This document shows positions 1 to 8,300 of a stretch of 64,000 nucleotides of DNA, in pieces. The translations under genes were made by a program, and so were the position numbers. How positions within the stretch are numbered: position 1 is the first letter of the stretch; each line of letters begins with the position of its first letter. Source of the stretch: Candidatus Kaiserbacteria bacterium (lineage in GTDB: Bacteria; Patescibacteriota; Minisyncoccia; Phycocordibacterales; UBA2100); contig JAQBQU010000010.1 in assembly GCA_028286865.1 (NCBI GenBank), positions 6,143 through 70,142 of the forward strand, in the 5' to 3' direction. The notes under the pieces are model-generated. The model did no database searches. It worked only from the letters and a program-made list of their open reading frames with translations, and was not told the origin of the DNA.

Positions 1-65
1 ATGATTTTTGCTGCAATGTGTAAATATTTCTTCATGGTGCTCTTAATTGCCTATATAAATAGTAA

Positions 66-366
66 CTTCTCCATTTTATACCGAAACATGACTAACGCCA
101 TAGGTGCTCCAGTGGCCGCCCTGTCCACTTTGTGGGTCACAGATAATTTCTTCGCCGACGCTCAGAAATTCTCTGACCACGGCTCGCGGTTCGCTCTACT
201 GAGCTCACATCGCTGCGCCCGTTTACCTTGCCGGATACGGCGTGACTCACTAAACTCGCCAGCTCGTTAAGTGGTCACTGCCCTGGCTCGCCCGTCGCGA
301 AGCGACATGGCTCCGCCTTTCGAATCCGGACGTACGCAAAGCAGTTTGCGTACTCAAGGTCCCCTG
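66..366. ncRNA. Candidate structured RNA, class and strand unresolved
   Basis: GC-rich segment with no credible ORF. It has dense helices: a perfect 9-bp hairpin at 332-353, GUCGC-GAA-GCGAC at 294-306, and long-range CCGGAT/ATCCGG pairing between 231-236 and 324-329. It is flanked by an AT-rich promoter-like TTCATG-17-TATAAA at 31-59 (+) and a hairpin at 374-397. The minus strand reads GGGGACC...GGAUUCGAA. Confidence 0.3.
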
Positions 367-373
367 TAAACAC

Positions 374-397
374 AAAACCCGCTTCTCAGCGGGTTTT
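374..397. terminator. Hairpin terminator downstream of tRNA-Ala (usable on both strands)
   Basis: AAAACCCGC-TTCTCA-GCGGGTTTT, a 9-bp stem with A/T runs on both sides. On the minus strand it is followed by UUUUGUGUUU. Confidence 0.6.
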
Positions 398-406
398 GCG
401 ATTCAG

Positions 407-479
407 TGGACCTTGCCGGATTCGAACCGGCCACCCCCTCATTGCAAATGAGGTGCTCTACCAAATGAGCTAAAGGCCC
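407..479 (-). tRNA. tRNA-Ala (anticodon UGC)
   Basis: The reverse complement is GGGCCTTTAGCTCATTTGGTAGAGCACCTCATTTGCAATGAGGGGGTGGCCGGTTCGAATCCGGCAAGGTCCA. It folds as a cloverleaf with a G3:U70 pair, anticodon loop TTTGCAA, a GGTTCGAATCC T-arm and discriminator A. No CCA is encoded. Confidence 0.95.
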
Positions 480-545
480 AGCGTGCGAGAACTAGAGGAT
501 TATATCCTAGCGAGTGGATCGAGCAAGCCCTCGCGCAATCTATCT

Positions 546-1517
546 CTAAGCTCTTTGAGCACGTGCAAGTGCGATCGCATGTTCGAGGAATTCCGCTACA
601 TTCGAGCCGACGGAATTGAGCATCGCGGGGAATGAGGCGCCCGCGTAGAGGCCCGGGACCGTATTCACTTCGAGCAGGTATACCGTGCGCGGCGTGACGA
701 TCATGTCGGCGCGGGAAAAATGCAACATCTGAAGTGCTTTGTGCGCAGCGCGCGCCATTTCGGTTATGTTCAATTTCTGGATATGGGTGAATCTGCTGGG
801 AACCACGTGCTGCACGCTTCCGTTCTCGTGCATCTCGCGCGTGAGGTGCATCGCGTCTTTCAGCACGTGTGCGGGCGGAAGTACGTAGAGCTCTTCGCCG
901 CGGAAATCATCGATGACACCCGCACTCACTTCATCGCCGCGGATATATTCCTCCACGAGCGCCGCTCCATAAGAGTCCAGAATATCTCCGAGCACATCGG
1001 GCAGCTCCACTATGCTCGCGGCGATGCGTATCCCGTGCCCGGCACCATCCGACGGCGGCTTCACGATATAGGGCGGCCCGAACTGTTCGAACACTGAGCG
1101 CGACATTTCGGCTGTATTGAGTCCGGCGTTCACCGAGAACGACGCACCTCGCGGCATGCGCACTCCGGCTCGCTCCAGAATTTCGCGCGCGCGGATCTTG
1201 TTGAGAGAAAGTGCCGAAGGCAGCGAGCGCGAGCCCGCATACGGGACGCCCGAGCGATCGAGCACCCGCTGCACCGTACCGTCCTCTCCGACGCCGCCGT
1301 GAAGCGCATTGAGCACGACATCGATCTGTGTCAGTGCTCGGGCGGGAGTCGCGGGAGTGCCGCGTGAATACCACGTGCCGCTTTTGTCGATGAGGATGTC
1401 GCGCACGTCATACTTCTCTTCCGGTAGCGCCGTGAGCATTGCCGCCCCCGTCTTTAGCGAAAGCGCGTACTCATTCGATGTACCGCCGCGCAGCACTCCT
1501 ACAATAGTGCGAGTCAT
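546..1517 (-). CDS. ddl: D-alanine--D-alanine ligase
   Basis: 323-aa ORF with an ATP-grasp Ddl pattern: LRGGTSNEYALS near the N-terminus, HGGVGEDGTVQ, EEYIRGDE and a C-terminal LLEVNTVPGL. Confidence 0.9.
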   Translation of the reverse strand: MTRTIVGVLRGGTSNEYALSLKTGAAMLTALPEEKYDVRDILIDKSGTWYSRGTPATPARALTQIDVVLNALHGGVGEDGTVQRVLDRSGVPYAGSRSLPSALSLNKIRAREILERAGVRMPRGASFSVNAGLNTAEMSRSVFEQFGPPYIVKPPSDGAGHGIRIAASIVELPDVLGDILDSYGAALVEEYIRGDEVSAGVIDDFRGEELYVLPPAHVLKDAMHLTREMHENGSVQHVVPSRFTHIQKLNITEMARAAHKALQMLHFSRADMIVTPRTVYLLEVNTVPGLYAGASFPAMLNSVGSNVAEFLEHAIALARAQRA

Positions 1518-1529
1518 GAAATAATTATA

Positions 1530-2006
1530 TCACTGTGCGGCATCAAAGCTGACCTCCGGTGGCAGTTTGAACGGAACAAGATTCGGTATCCACCAGGGAG
1601 AACATCCGCCCGTGCCGTCCGGGACAGTGAACTGACTTTTTGAATAGAGATCTGTTCCCGATATGCCGGCGGTATCTCCCTCGAACCAGCTGTGAATAGA
1701 TCCGTTGTTCTCATCGCTATATACGATATGCACGCGCTTCACCTGCCCTCCGTTCTGCACGACCGTCGCTGCGACACTCATCATTCCGTTGTAGATGTAC
1801 ACGGTTCCCGCAGTTGCTCCGTCAAAATCTCCGGTGGACACGGCGCATACCGTAGCGGGGAACGCCGAAAGATCCGTGATCTGCTGGAGGCTACCTACAG
1901 ACGGATTCTCATGAATGCGATAGAACGCATATACACCGACAAAAAGTATCGTGAGCAGCAGGATGAAAACAATGCTCTTGAGTACCTTGGGCTCATCCCT
2001 TTGCAT
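1530..2006 (-). CDS. Hypothetical membrane-anchored protein
   Basis: ORF 1530-2066. I prefer the internal ATG at 2006 (MQRDEPKVLKSIVFILLLTILFVGVYAF), which avoids overlapping the uvrC end. It has one N-terminal TM helix and lies between uvrC and ddl on the same strand. Confidence 0.55.
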   Translation of the reverse strand: MQRDEPKVLKSIVFILLLTILFVGVYAFYRIHENPSVGSLQQITDLSAFPATVCAVSTGDFDGATAGTVYIYNGMMSVAATVVQNGGQVKRVHIVYSDENNGSIHSWFEGDTAGISGTDLYSKSQFTVPDGTGGCSPWWIPNLVPFKLPPEVSFDAAQ

Positions 2007-2026
2007 GAGCAAATAATACCATCGGT

Positions 2027-3295
2027 TCAGGCAAAAGTGCGGCGCGACCTGCGCTTGCGATGCCATGTGATACCGAAACGATGCGCCTCGTTGTTGGCAA
2101 GCAGGATGTCGCGCTCGTATGCTTCGATGGCACGTGTATCTCCGATGAGCCGCTCCGGCTGATGCTTATCATTTTTGACGACACCGACGACCGGGATCAT
2201 GACGCCCGCTTTTTTCAGCACTTTTTCTGCGGCGCGAAGCTGTGCCGTACCGCCGTCCACTACGAATGCGCGCGGAAGCGGCCACTCGGGATGATTGAGC
2301 CGTCGCTCGAGGGCCTCCGTGAGTGCAGCAACGTCGTTATTCCCCACCGTTTGAATTTTGAACTTGCGATACGCCGCTTTGTAGATGGCGCCGTTATCTA
2401 CCACCGTCATTACCGCCACTGTCTCCTGCCCGCTCGTGTGAGCCACATCGAAGGCCTCGATGCGCGCGCCGCCGCCCGCCGAAATGCGCTCGGTCTTGAT
2501 GAGCGAGACATCTTTGATGTGCTCGAGTGCTGAACATTGTCGACGAAGCTGTTCGGCTTTCTCAAAGTCTTCCGCTTTTGATGCGGCTTTCATTTCTTTC
2601 ACCAACTGTCGCTTAAGTCCCTGAAAGTTGCCCGAGAACAGTTGTTGAATATGCCGCACGATCTGCGCATATTCTTCTTTCGAGGATTCCCCCGTGCAAA
2701 CACCGGGACAAAGTCCGATCTGCCTGTTGAAACACGGCTTGCACGATTTGAACTTTTCTCCTTTTTTTTGCTTTTTCTGTTCGGGGCACGGCGTACACTT
2801 ATTATCCCGGAACGGGAATATCTTGCGCACTATCTTTATCGCCTCCTGAAGCGAAAGCCCCTGCGGGAACGGGCCGAAGAGACTTTTGATCTTGGCGTCA
2901 TCCCAATTCTGATAGAGTTCGCGGCCACGCACGATCAGGACGCGCGGGAAATCTTCTTTTGTGAGCACGAGATAGTTGAAGCTCTTATTATCCTTGGAAG
3001 CCGAGTTGTACGGCGGCATGTTCTGCTTGATCTCATTGGCCTCAAGAATAAGCGCTTCAAGTACTGAATCGGTCTGAGTGAATGAAATAGAATTCGCCTT
3101 TTTTACCATCTCAACGATCGCCGGCGAGCGCGACTCAGCAAGGTCCTTGGAGAAATAGCTGCGCGTGCGGTCGCGCAGGCTTGCGGCCTTGCCGATATAG
3201 AGGATCTTTCGCCCCTCTTTAAATATATAGATGCCCGGTTCATCCGGAAGTTTAAATGTATCGAGTTCAGCGCGTTCCATATATCGAGTATACAA
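2027..3295 (-). CDS. uvrC: Excinuclease ABC subunit C, short form without the C-terminal (HhH)2 domain
   Basis: Carries GIY-YIG (PGIYIFKEGRKILYIGKA), a UVR motif (FEKAEQLRRQCSALEHI) and an RNase H-like endonuclease region (IEAFDVAHTSGQETV). It ends at 422 aa. Confidence 0.85.
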   Translation of the reverse strand: MYTRYMERAELDTFKLPDEPGIYIFKEGRKILYIGKAASLRDRTRSYFSKDLAESRSPAIVEMVKKANSISFTQTDSVLEALILEANEIKQNMPPYNSASKDNKSFNYLVLTKEDFPRVLIVRGRELYQNWDDAKIKSLFGPFPQGLSLQEAIKIVRKIFPFRDNKCTPCPEQKKQKKGEKFKSCKPCFNRQIGLCPGVCTGESSKEEYAQIVRHIQQLFSGNFQGLKRQLVKEMKAASKAEDFEKAEQLRRQCSALEHIKDVSLIKTERISAGGGARIEAFDVAHTSGQETVAVMTVVDNGAIYKAAYRKFKIQTVGNNDVAALTEALERRLNHPEWPLPRAFVVDGGTAQLRAAEKVLKKAGVMIPVVGVVKNDKHQPERLIGDTRAIEAYERDILLANNEAHRFGITWHRKRRSRRTFA

Positions 3296-3314
3296 GAGGG
3301 GTCCGGAAACGGAG

Positions 3315-3343
3315 TTGACACAATCTCTCTGTCAAAGCATAGT
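3315..3343 (+). promoter_or_regulatory. Sigma70-like promoter for the CSD-like gene
   Basis: TTGACA (3315-3320), 17 nt, CATAGT (3338-3343). It is followed by an extended hairpin at 3352-3400 (CUUCCUAUCGGGGAC...GUCCCUGAGAGGAAG) in the roughly 90-nt leader. Confidence 0.4.
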
Positions 3344-3437
3344 ATTGTCGGCTTCCTATCGGGGACATGGGCATTCCGTGCTCAAGTCCCTGAGAGGAAG
3401 GGTGGTTCTTTCAGGTCTTGTCTCAGCCACCGCGGGA

Positions 3438-3959
3438 ATGAAAGACATGTCCTACTACGGCCGGTACTACGGAATTGTGGGGACTGCAGGCAAAGCGGAA
3501 GACTACGGACTCATCTTCCCTGATTCCATTTATGTGGATCACAAAATTGGCGGACATATGCCAAAGACGAGCGTCTTCGTCCACGTAAAAGGTGTTGGAG
3601 TCTCGATCAAGAAGGGATTAGCGGTATCGTTCGGCATTGTTGCCAACGAACGCAAGAGTGGCGCCCTTGAAGCCATCGACGCACAAGCGCATCCGCGATT
3701 ACTCGGCGAGATCGTCAACGTCGGAGGATTCGCCAAATACGGATTTGTTCGTTCTGGACTTGCTCGAATCCATCCCGAATGCATGGCTCCTGCATTCAGC
3801 AAAGACGTACCCGAGCAGGATGTCTTCGTCTTTTGCAGGGAGTTTCGCGGAGGTCCCCAGCTGCTTCGCGACGGAATGAAGATCGGATTCTTCTCATTCC
3901 CGAGCCGACGCAAGCCGGGAAGTCTCGCTGCGATCTCGGTAAGCCTCGAGGCCGTGTGA
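3438..3959 (+). CDS. Hypothetical protein with two cold-shock-domain-like modules
   Basis: ORF 3231-3959. The ATG at 3438 clears the divergent uvrC. Two segments parallel CspA: YGIVG...YGLIF...SVFVHVKG...GLAVSFGIVANERKSGALEAIDA and GEIVNV..AKYGFVR...DVFVFCREF...DGMKIGFFSF..RKPGSLAAISVSL. Confidence 0.6.
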   Translation: MKDMSYYGRYYGIVGTAGKAEDYGLIFPDSIYVDHKIGGHMPKTSVFVHVKGVGVSIKKGLAVSFGIVANERKSGALEAIDAQAHPRLLGEIVNVGGFAKYGFVRSGLARIHPECMAPAFSKDVPEQDVFVFCREFRGGPQLLRDGMKIGFFSFPSRRKPGSLAAISVSLEAV

Positions 3960-3977
3960 GTTCTATATACTAATGAT

Positions 3978-4005
3978 GGGCGTCGCGAAAGCGGCGCCCG
4001 TTTTG
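3978..4005 (+). terminator. Intrinsic terminator
   Basis: GGGCGTCGC-GAAA-GCGGCGCCC followed by GTTTTGTG. Confidence 0.7.
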
Positions 4006-4036
4006 TGTTACATATGTTTTCCCCAGGTACCCAAAT

Positions 4037-4064
4037 TTGACCGGCTCAGAAAGGGGTCTATACT
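4037..4064 (+). promoter_or_regulatory. Sigma70-like promoter of the carAB leader
   Basis: TTGACC (4037-4042), 16 nt, TATACT (4059-4064). The predicted start falls in a T5 run at 4068-4072. Confidence 0.5.
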
Positions 4065-4135
4065 GCGTTTTTAATGACTCGAAAGATGTTTCCGACACCA
4101 CTCACCCACCCGGGTGCATTTTTTTATAATTTTGG

Positions 4136-4161
4136 AACTCGCGAGAAATCGCGAGTTTTTT
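4136..4161 (+). terminator. Intrinsic terminator inside the carA leader (attenuator candidate)
   Basis: AACTCGCGA-GAAA-TCGCGAGTT followed by TTTTTT. It lies about 65-90 nt after the predicted start site and 130 nt before the carA ATG. Confidence 0.6.
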
Positions 4162-4291
4162 CTGTAACCGGTAGCGCGGAGTCGAGTATGTTGGTTCTGC
4201 CGTGTCTCGCAGTGCGACGGCCCGAGAGGCAGCGCTGGCACAGCAGTGCCAGACAGCGACGGCAGAACAACATGCTCGCGGAGCAACCTCT

Positions 4292-5344
4292 ATGAAGCTC
4301 TTTCTAGAGGACGGTTCAATATTCGAGGGCGAGAGCTTCGGCGCCAATGCTCCCGCTGCGGGTGAGGTCGTATTCACGACCGGTATGACCGGATACGTGG
4401 AAACGCTCTCTGACCCTTCTTTTGCCGGACAGATCGTCGTGGGCACCTTCCCGCTTGTCGGCAATTACGGAGTCCCATCGTCGGAACTTTTTGAGTCGGA
4501 AAAGATACAGGCAGCGGGGCTCATCGTGAGCGAATATTCTCCTACGTATTCACACCACGAAGCACGGGGTTCACTTGCCGACTGGCTCAAAGCTTCGGGA
4601 GTTCCGGCGCTTACCGGCGTCGATACCCGCGCGCTCACAAAAAAGCTTCGCGACCGCGGTGTCATGCTCGGGCAGATCGCACCGCACCTCGGTGAATTTG
4701 TAAATCCGAATCGCGAGAACCTCGTGGCAAAGGTGAGTCCAAAAGAAAAAAAGGTCTACGGCTCAGGCCCTATCCGGATCATCGCGGTCGATTGCGGCAT
4801 GAAGGAGAATATTGTGCGCTCTCTTGCGCGCCCAGAGGTCACCCTCACCCGCGTGCCGTGGAACTACGACTTCTCGCACGATCAGTACGATGCGCTCGTG
4901 CTCTCCAACGGCCCGGGAGACCCGGAGATGTGCGAGATCACGATCAAGCACATCCGCGAAGCGATGCGCGACGGCAAACCGATATTGGGCGTGTGTCTCG
5001 GCAATCAGCTGCTCGCACTCGCCGCCGGCGGCTCGACCTACAAGCTCAAATACGGTCATCGCGGACAGAATCAGCCGTGTATCGATGTCACAACGGGTCG
5101 CTGCTATATCACGTCTCAAAATCACGGCTTTGCGGTAGATGCGAAATCACTTCCGTCCAGCTGGGAGGTATGGTTTGAAAATGCCAACGACGGCTCCGTA
5201 GAGGGTATACGACACACCTCCCGCTCCTGGCGCTCGGTACAGTTCCATCCCGAAGCGAATCCCGGGCCGACCGACACCGCCTGGATATTCGATGACTTTT
5301 TGCAGGAGCTCGCAGGACGCCGCCGTATAACGATAAAAATATGA
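4292..5344 (+). CDS. carA: Carbamoyl-phosphate synthase small (glutaminase) subunit
   Basis: ORF 4202-5344. The conserved sequence begins at the ATG at 4292 (MKLFLEDGSIFEGESFG). It has GMTGYVETLSDPSFAGQIV, the GATase nucleophile elbow GVCLGNQLL, and FHPE. Confidence 0.9.
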   Translation: MKLFLEDGSIFEGESFGANAPAAGEVVFTTGMTGYVETLSDPSFAGQIVVGTFPLVGNYGVPSSELFESEKIQAAGLIVSEYSPTYSHHEARGSLADWLKASGVPALTGVDTRALTKKLRDRGVMLGQIAPHLGEFVNPNRENLVAKVSPKEKKVYGSGPIRIIAVDCGMKENIVRSLARPEVTLTRVPWNYDFSHDQYDALVLSNGPGDPEMCEITIKHIREAMRDGKPILGVCLGNQLLALAAGGSTYKLKYGHRGQNQPCIDVTTGRCYITSQNHGFAVDAKSLPSSWEVWFENANDGSVEGIRHTSRSWRSVQFHPEANPGPTDTAWIFDDFLQELAGRRRITIKI

Positions 5345-8300
5345 GACCCAAAATGCCAAAGAAAGTACTTTTGCTCGGCTCCGGCGGACTACGCATCGGC
5401 CAGGCCGGAGAATTCGACTATTCGGGTTCCCAAGCTATCAAGGCTATGAAAGAGGAAGGGATCGAGATCGTGCTCATGAACCCGAATATCGCTACCGTTC
5501 AGACCGATGAGAGGCTTGCCGACACCGTGTACTTCCTGCCGCTCACTATAGAGTTCGCGACGAAGATCATCGAGAAGGAGCGGCCCGATGCGATCTTCCT
5601 CTCCTTCGGCGGACAGACCGCGCTCAACCTCGGACTTTCGCTCGAAGAGAAAGGTATCCTCAAAAAATACGATGTTGCCGTACTCGGGACACCGGTCGAT
5701 ACGATACGGAATACCGAAGACCGCGACCTGTTCGTCGAGAAGCTGAAAGAAATTGACGTGAAAACGGCGATCAGCCGCGGCACGAGAAATATCGCGCAGG
5801 CGCTGAGTGCCGCGCAAGAGATCGGGTACCCGGTGATGGTGCGCGCCGGATTCGCGCTCGGGGGCGAAGGCTCCGGCATGGTCGCGGATCCGAAAGAGCT
5901 GAGGGAAAAGCTTGAGGAAGTATTTCGCAATGTCGATCAGGTCCTTATCGAGGAATATCTCGGAGGGTGGAAGGAGGTCGAATATGAGGTCGTGCGCGAT
6001 CGCTCCAACAACTGCATCACGGTCTGCAATATGGAGAACATCGACCCGATGGGCATTCATACGGGAGAGAGCATCGTCGTCGCACCGTCGCAAACACTGT
6101 CGAATTTCGAATATCACATGCTCCGCGAAGTAGCATTGAAAACGATCAGACATCTCGGGATCGTCGGCGAGTGCAACATTCAGTACGCGCTCGATCCCAT
6201 GAGCCACGAGTACCGCGTGATAGAAGTGAACGCGCGCCTCTCTCGCTCTTCGGCGCTTGCTTCCAAGGCTACCGGATACCCGCTCGCGTTCGTCGCTGCA
6301 AAGCTTGGGCTCGGATACACGCTCACCGAGATAAAGAACTCCGTGACCGGTAAGACGAGCGCATGCTTTGAGCCTGCTCTCGATTATGTGGTGCTTAAGA
6401 TGCCACGCTGGGACCTTGCCAAATTCGAAGGTGCCGCCACGCGTATCGGGACCGAGATGAAAAGCGTCGGAGAAGTGATGGCGATCGGCCGCAACTTTGA
6501 AGAAGTGCTCCAGAAAGCACTGCGCATGCTCAACGTGGGTGCGATGGGATTCACTGCGCAGAAAAATGCCACGTTTTCGATACCGAATTATAAAAAAGAG
6601 ATCCGCTTTGCGACGACCCGGCGCATTTTTGCACTTGGAGAGGCGCTTCGATCCGGAGTCACTACGAAAGAGATCCATGCGCTCTCCAGGATCGATATGT
6701 GGTTCTTGGATAAGATGAAGCACATCATTGATATAGAGAAGTCGCTCAAACAGAAGCGCCTTGATGCACCGCGCCTTCTTGAGGCGAAGCGTAACGGATT
6801 CTCCGATGCGCAGATCGCGGTCATTAAACGATCGACCGAAGAGAAAGTGCGTGCACTTCGCCATAAATACGGTATCCGCCCGTGGATCAAGCAGATCGAT
6901 ACCCTTGCGGGAGAGTTCCCTGCCAAAACGAATTATCTGTACGTGACCTATCACGGGTCGGAACACGATATCGGTCGCGGGGTCAATCAGGTCGCAGTAC
7001 TTGGTTCCGGCCCGTACTGCATCGGGTCGTCGGTCGAATTCGATTGGTCGTGCGTGCAAGCGCTCAAAACCCTCAAGCGCGAAGGTTCGAACACGATCAT
7101 GATTAACTCCAATCCGGAGACCGTTTCGACCGATTACGACATGTCGGATCGCCTCTATTTCGAAGAGCTTTCTCTCGAGCGCATTCTCGACATTACAGAC
7201 TTTGAAAATCCGAAGGGAGTCGTTATATCGACCGGCGGGCAAATTCCGAACAATCTTGCACTCCCGCTCGAGCGTAACGGTGTACCCGTCATGGGCACAG
7301 CTCCCGAAAATATCGATCGCGCCGAGGATCGGCACGTATTTTCTAAAATGCTTGATCGCCTCGAGATCGACCAGCCGCAGTGGGTCGAACTCACAACTCC
7401 GCTTGCGGCCAAGAAAGCGGCAAAAGAACTCGGCTATCCCGTATTGGTGCGACCGTCATACGTGCTATCGGGCGCCGCGATGAGCGTGGCATATGACGAA
7501 AAAGCGCTGATGAAATTCCTTAAGCGTGCGACTGATGTATCGAATGATCACCCGGTCGTCATATCGAAATTCATCGAGAATGCGCGCGAGATCGAAATAG
7601 ACGGCGTGGCTTCAAAAGGCAAGCTCGCCATCTATGCCATCACCGAGCACGTGGAGAATGCCGGTACACATTCCGGTGACGCCACCGTGGTGCTCCCACC
7701 GCAGCGCACCTACCTTGAGACGATCCGCCGAGCAAAAGCTTCGGCAAAGCGCATCGTGAAAGAGCTCAATATCACGGGCCCGTTCAATATTCAGTTCTTG
7801 GCAAAGGAAAATCACATCCTCGTTATCGAGTGCAACGCGCGTGCATCGCGTAGCTTTCCGTTCGTTTCAAAGGTCACCGGCTACAATTTCATCGATATCG
7901 CGGTGCGCGCCCTTCTCGGCAAAGACGTGCATGCCGACTATCACACTGTCGAGATCGACACTGTCGCTGTGAAATCGCCGCAGTTCTCATACAGCCGCAT
8001 CAAAGGTGCCGACCCGATCCACTACGTGGAAATGGCTTCTACGGGAGAGGTCGCCTGCTTCGGTGATTCGTATTCTGAAGCGCTCATCAAATCGATGATG
8101 GCGGCCGGATTCAGGCTGCCGAAGAAGAATATATTGGTCTCCCTCGGTAAGGAGGAGAATCAGGTAAAGCTCTTGCCGTCGATCAGAACGCTCTCTGAAA
8201 TGGGATTCAAATTGTTTGCGACCGAGCACACGGCGGACTTCCTGCTTGATAATAAAGTGAAGTGCACCAAGGTATACAAAATGGGGCGCAAGAACAAGCC

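Noticed and set aside
1-270. An 89-aa ORF at the window start (MIFAAMCKYFF...).
   Set aside because: It has no RBS context and runs from an AT-rich promoter-like stretch into a stem-rich GC segment. The composition is not protein-like. It is better explained as non-coding or structured RNA.
66-366. Calling the structured segment a tmRNA (minus strand GGGGACC...GGAUUCGAA), RNase P RNA or SRP RNA.
   Set aside because: For tmRNA, I found no tag reading frame ending in a hydrophobic/Ala-rich C-terminus and no complementary GGUCCCC(A)CCA 3' end in the window. A 22-nt hairpin also interrupts the expected 5' motif.

For RNase P, there is no GAGGAAAGUCC/P4 pairing.

For SRP RNA, there is no GGAA-tetraloop helix 8.

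I left it unclassified.
356-366. The 10-mer GGGGACCTTG (minus strand) recurring at about 42903-42913.
   Set aside because: A single short exact match between two GC-rich structured regions is within chance expectation for 128 kb of two-strand sequence. There is no extended similarity around it.
407-1517. ddl (D-Ala-D-Ala ligase) immediately followed by tRNA-Ala, as a possible functional link.
   Set aside because: The thematic coincidence is most likely chance. There is no T-box or leader structure between them, and the tRNA lies downstream of the gene, not upstream.
4202-4291. N-terminal extensions offered by the ORF track for carA, and likewise for msrA (to 23980), gdh (to 54113), pepN (from 39166), the CAP protein (to 45665), the HAD protein (to 44227), the pseudouridine synthase (from 59514) and the 27666 ORF.
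   Set aside because: The extensions are non-conserved-looking, often overlap the neighbouring gene, and have no SD. Internal ATGs coincide with the start of family-conserved sequence and sometimes with strong RBSs.
5389-7335. A 648-aa ORF antisense to carB. Similar long antisense or off-frame ORFs occur at 8666-10075 and 8545-9480 (vs ilvD), 18802-19743 (vs tgt), 54076-54810 (vs the AI-2E transporter), 61311-62225 (vs the RND pump) and 39523-40113 (vs pepN).
   Set aside because: Each lies entirely inside a gene with unmistakable family motifs on the other strand or frame. Their products are Arg/Ser/Leu/Gly-rich with no recognisable domains. This is the usual shadow-ORF effect in GC-rich coding DNA.
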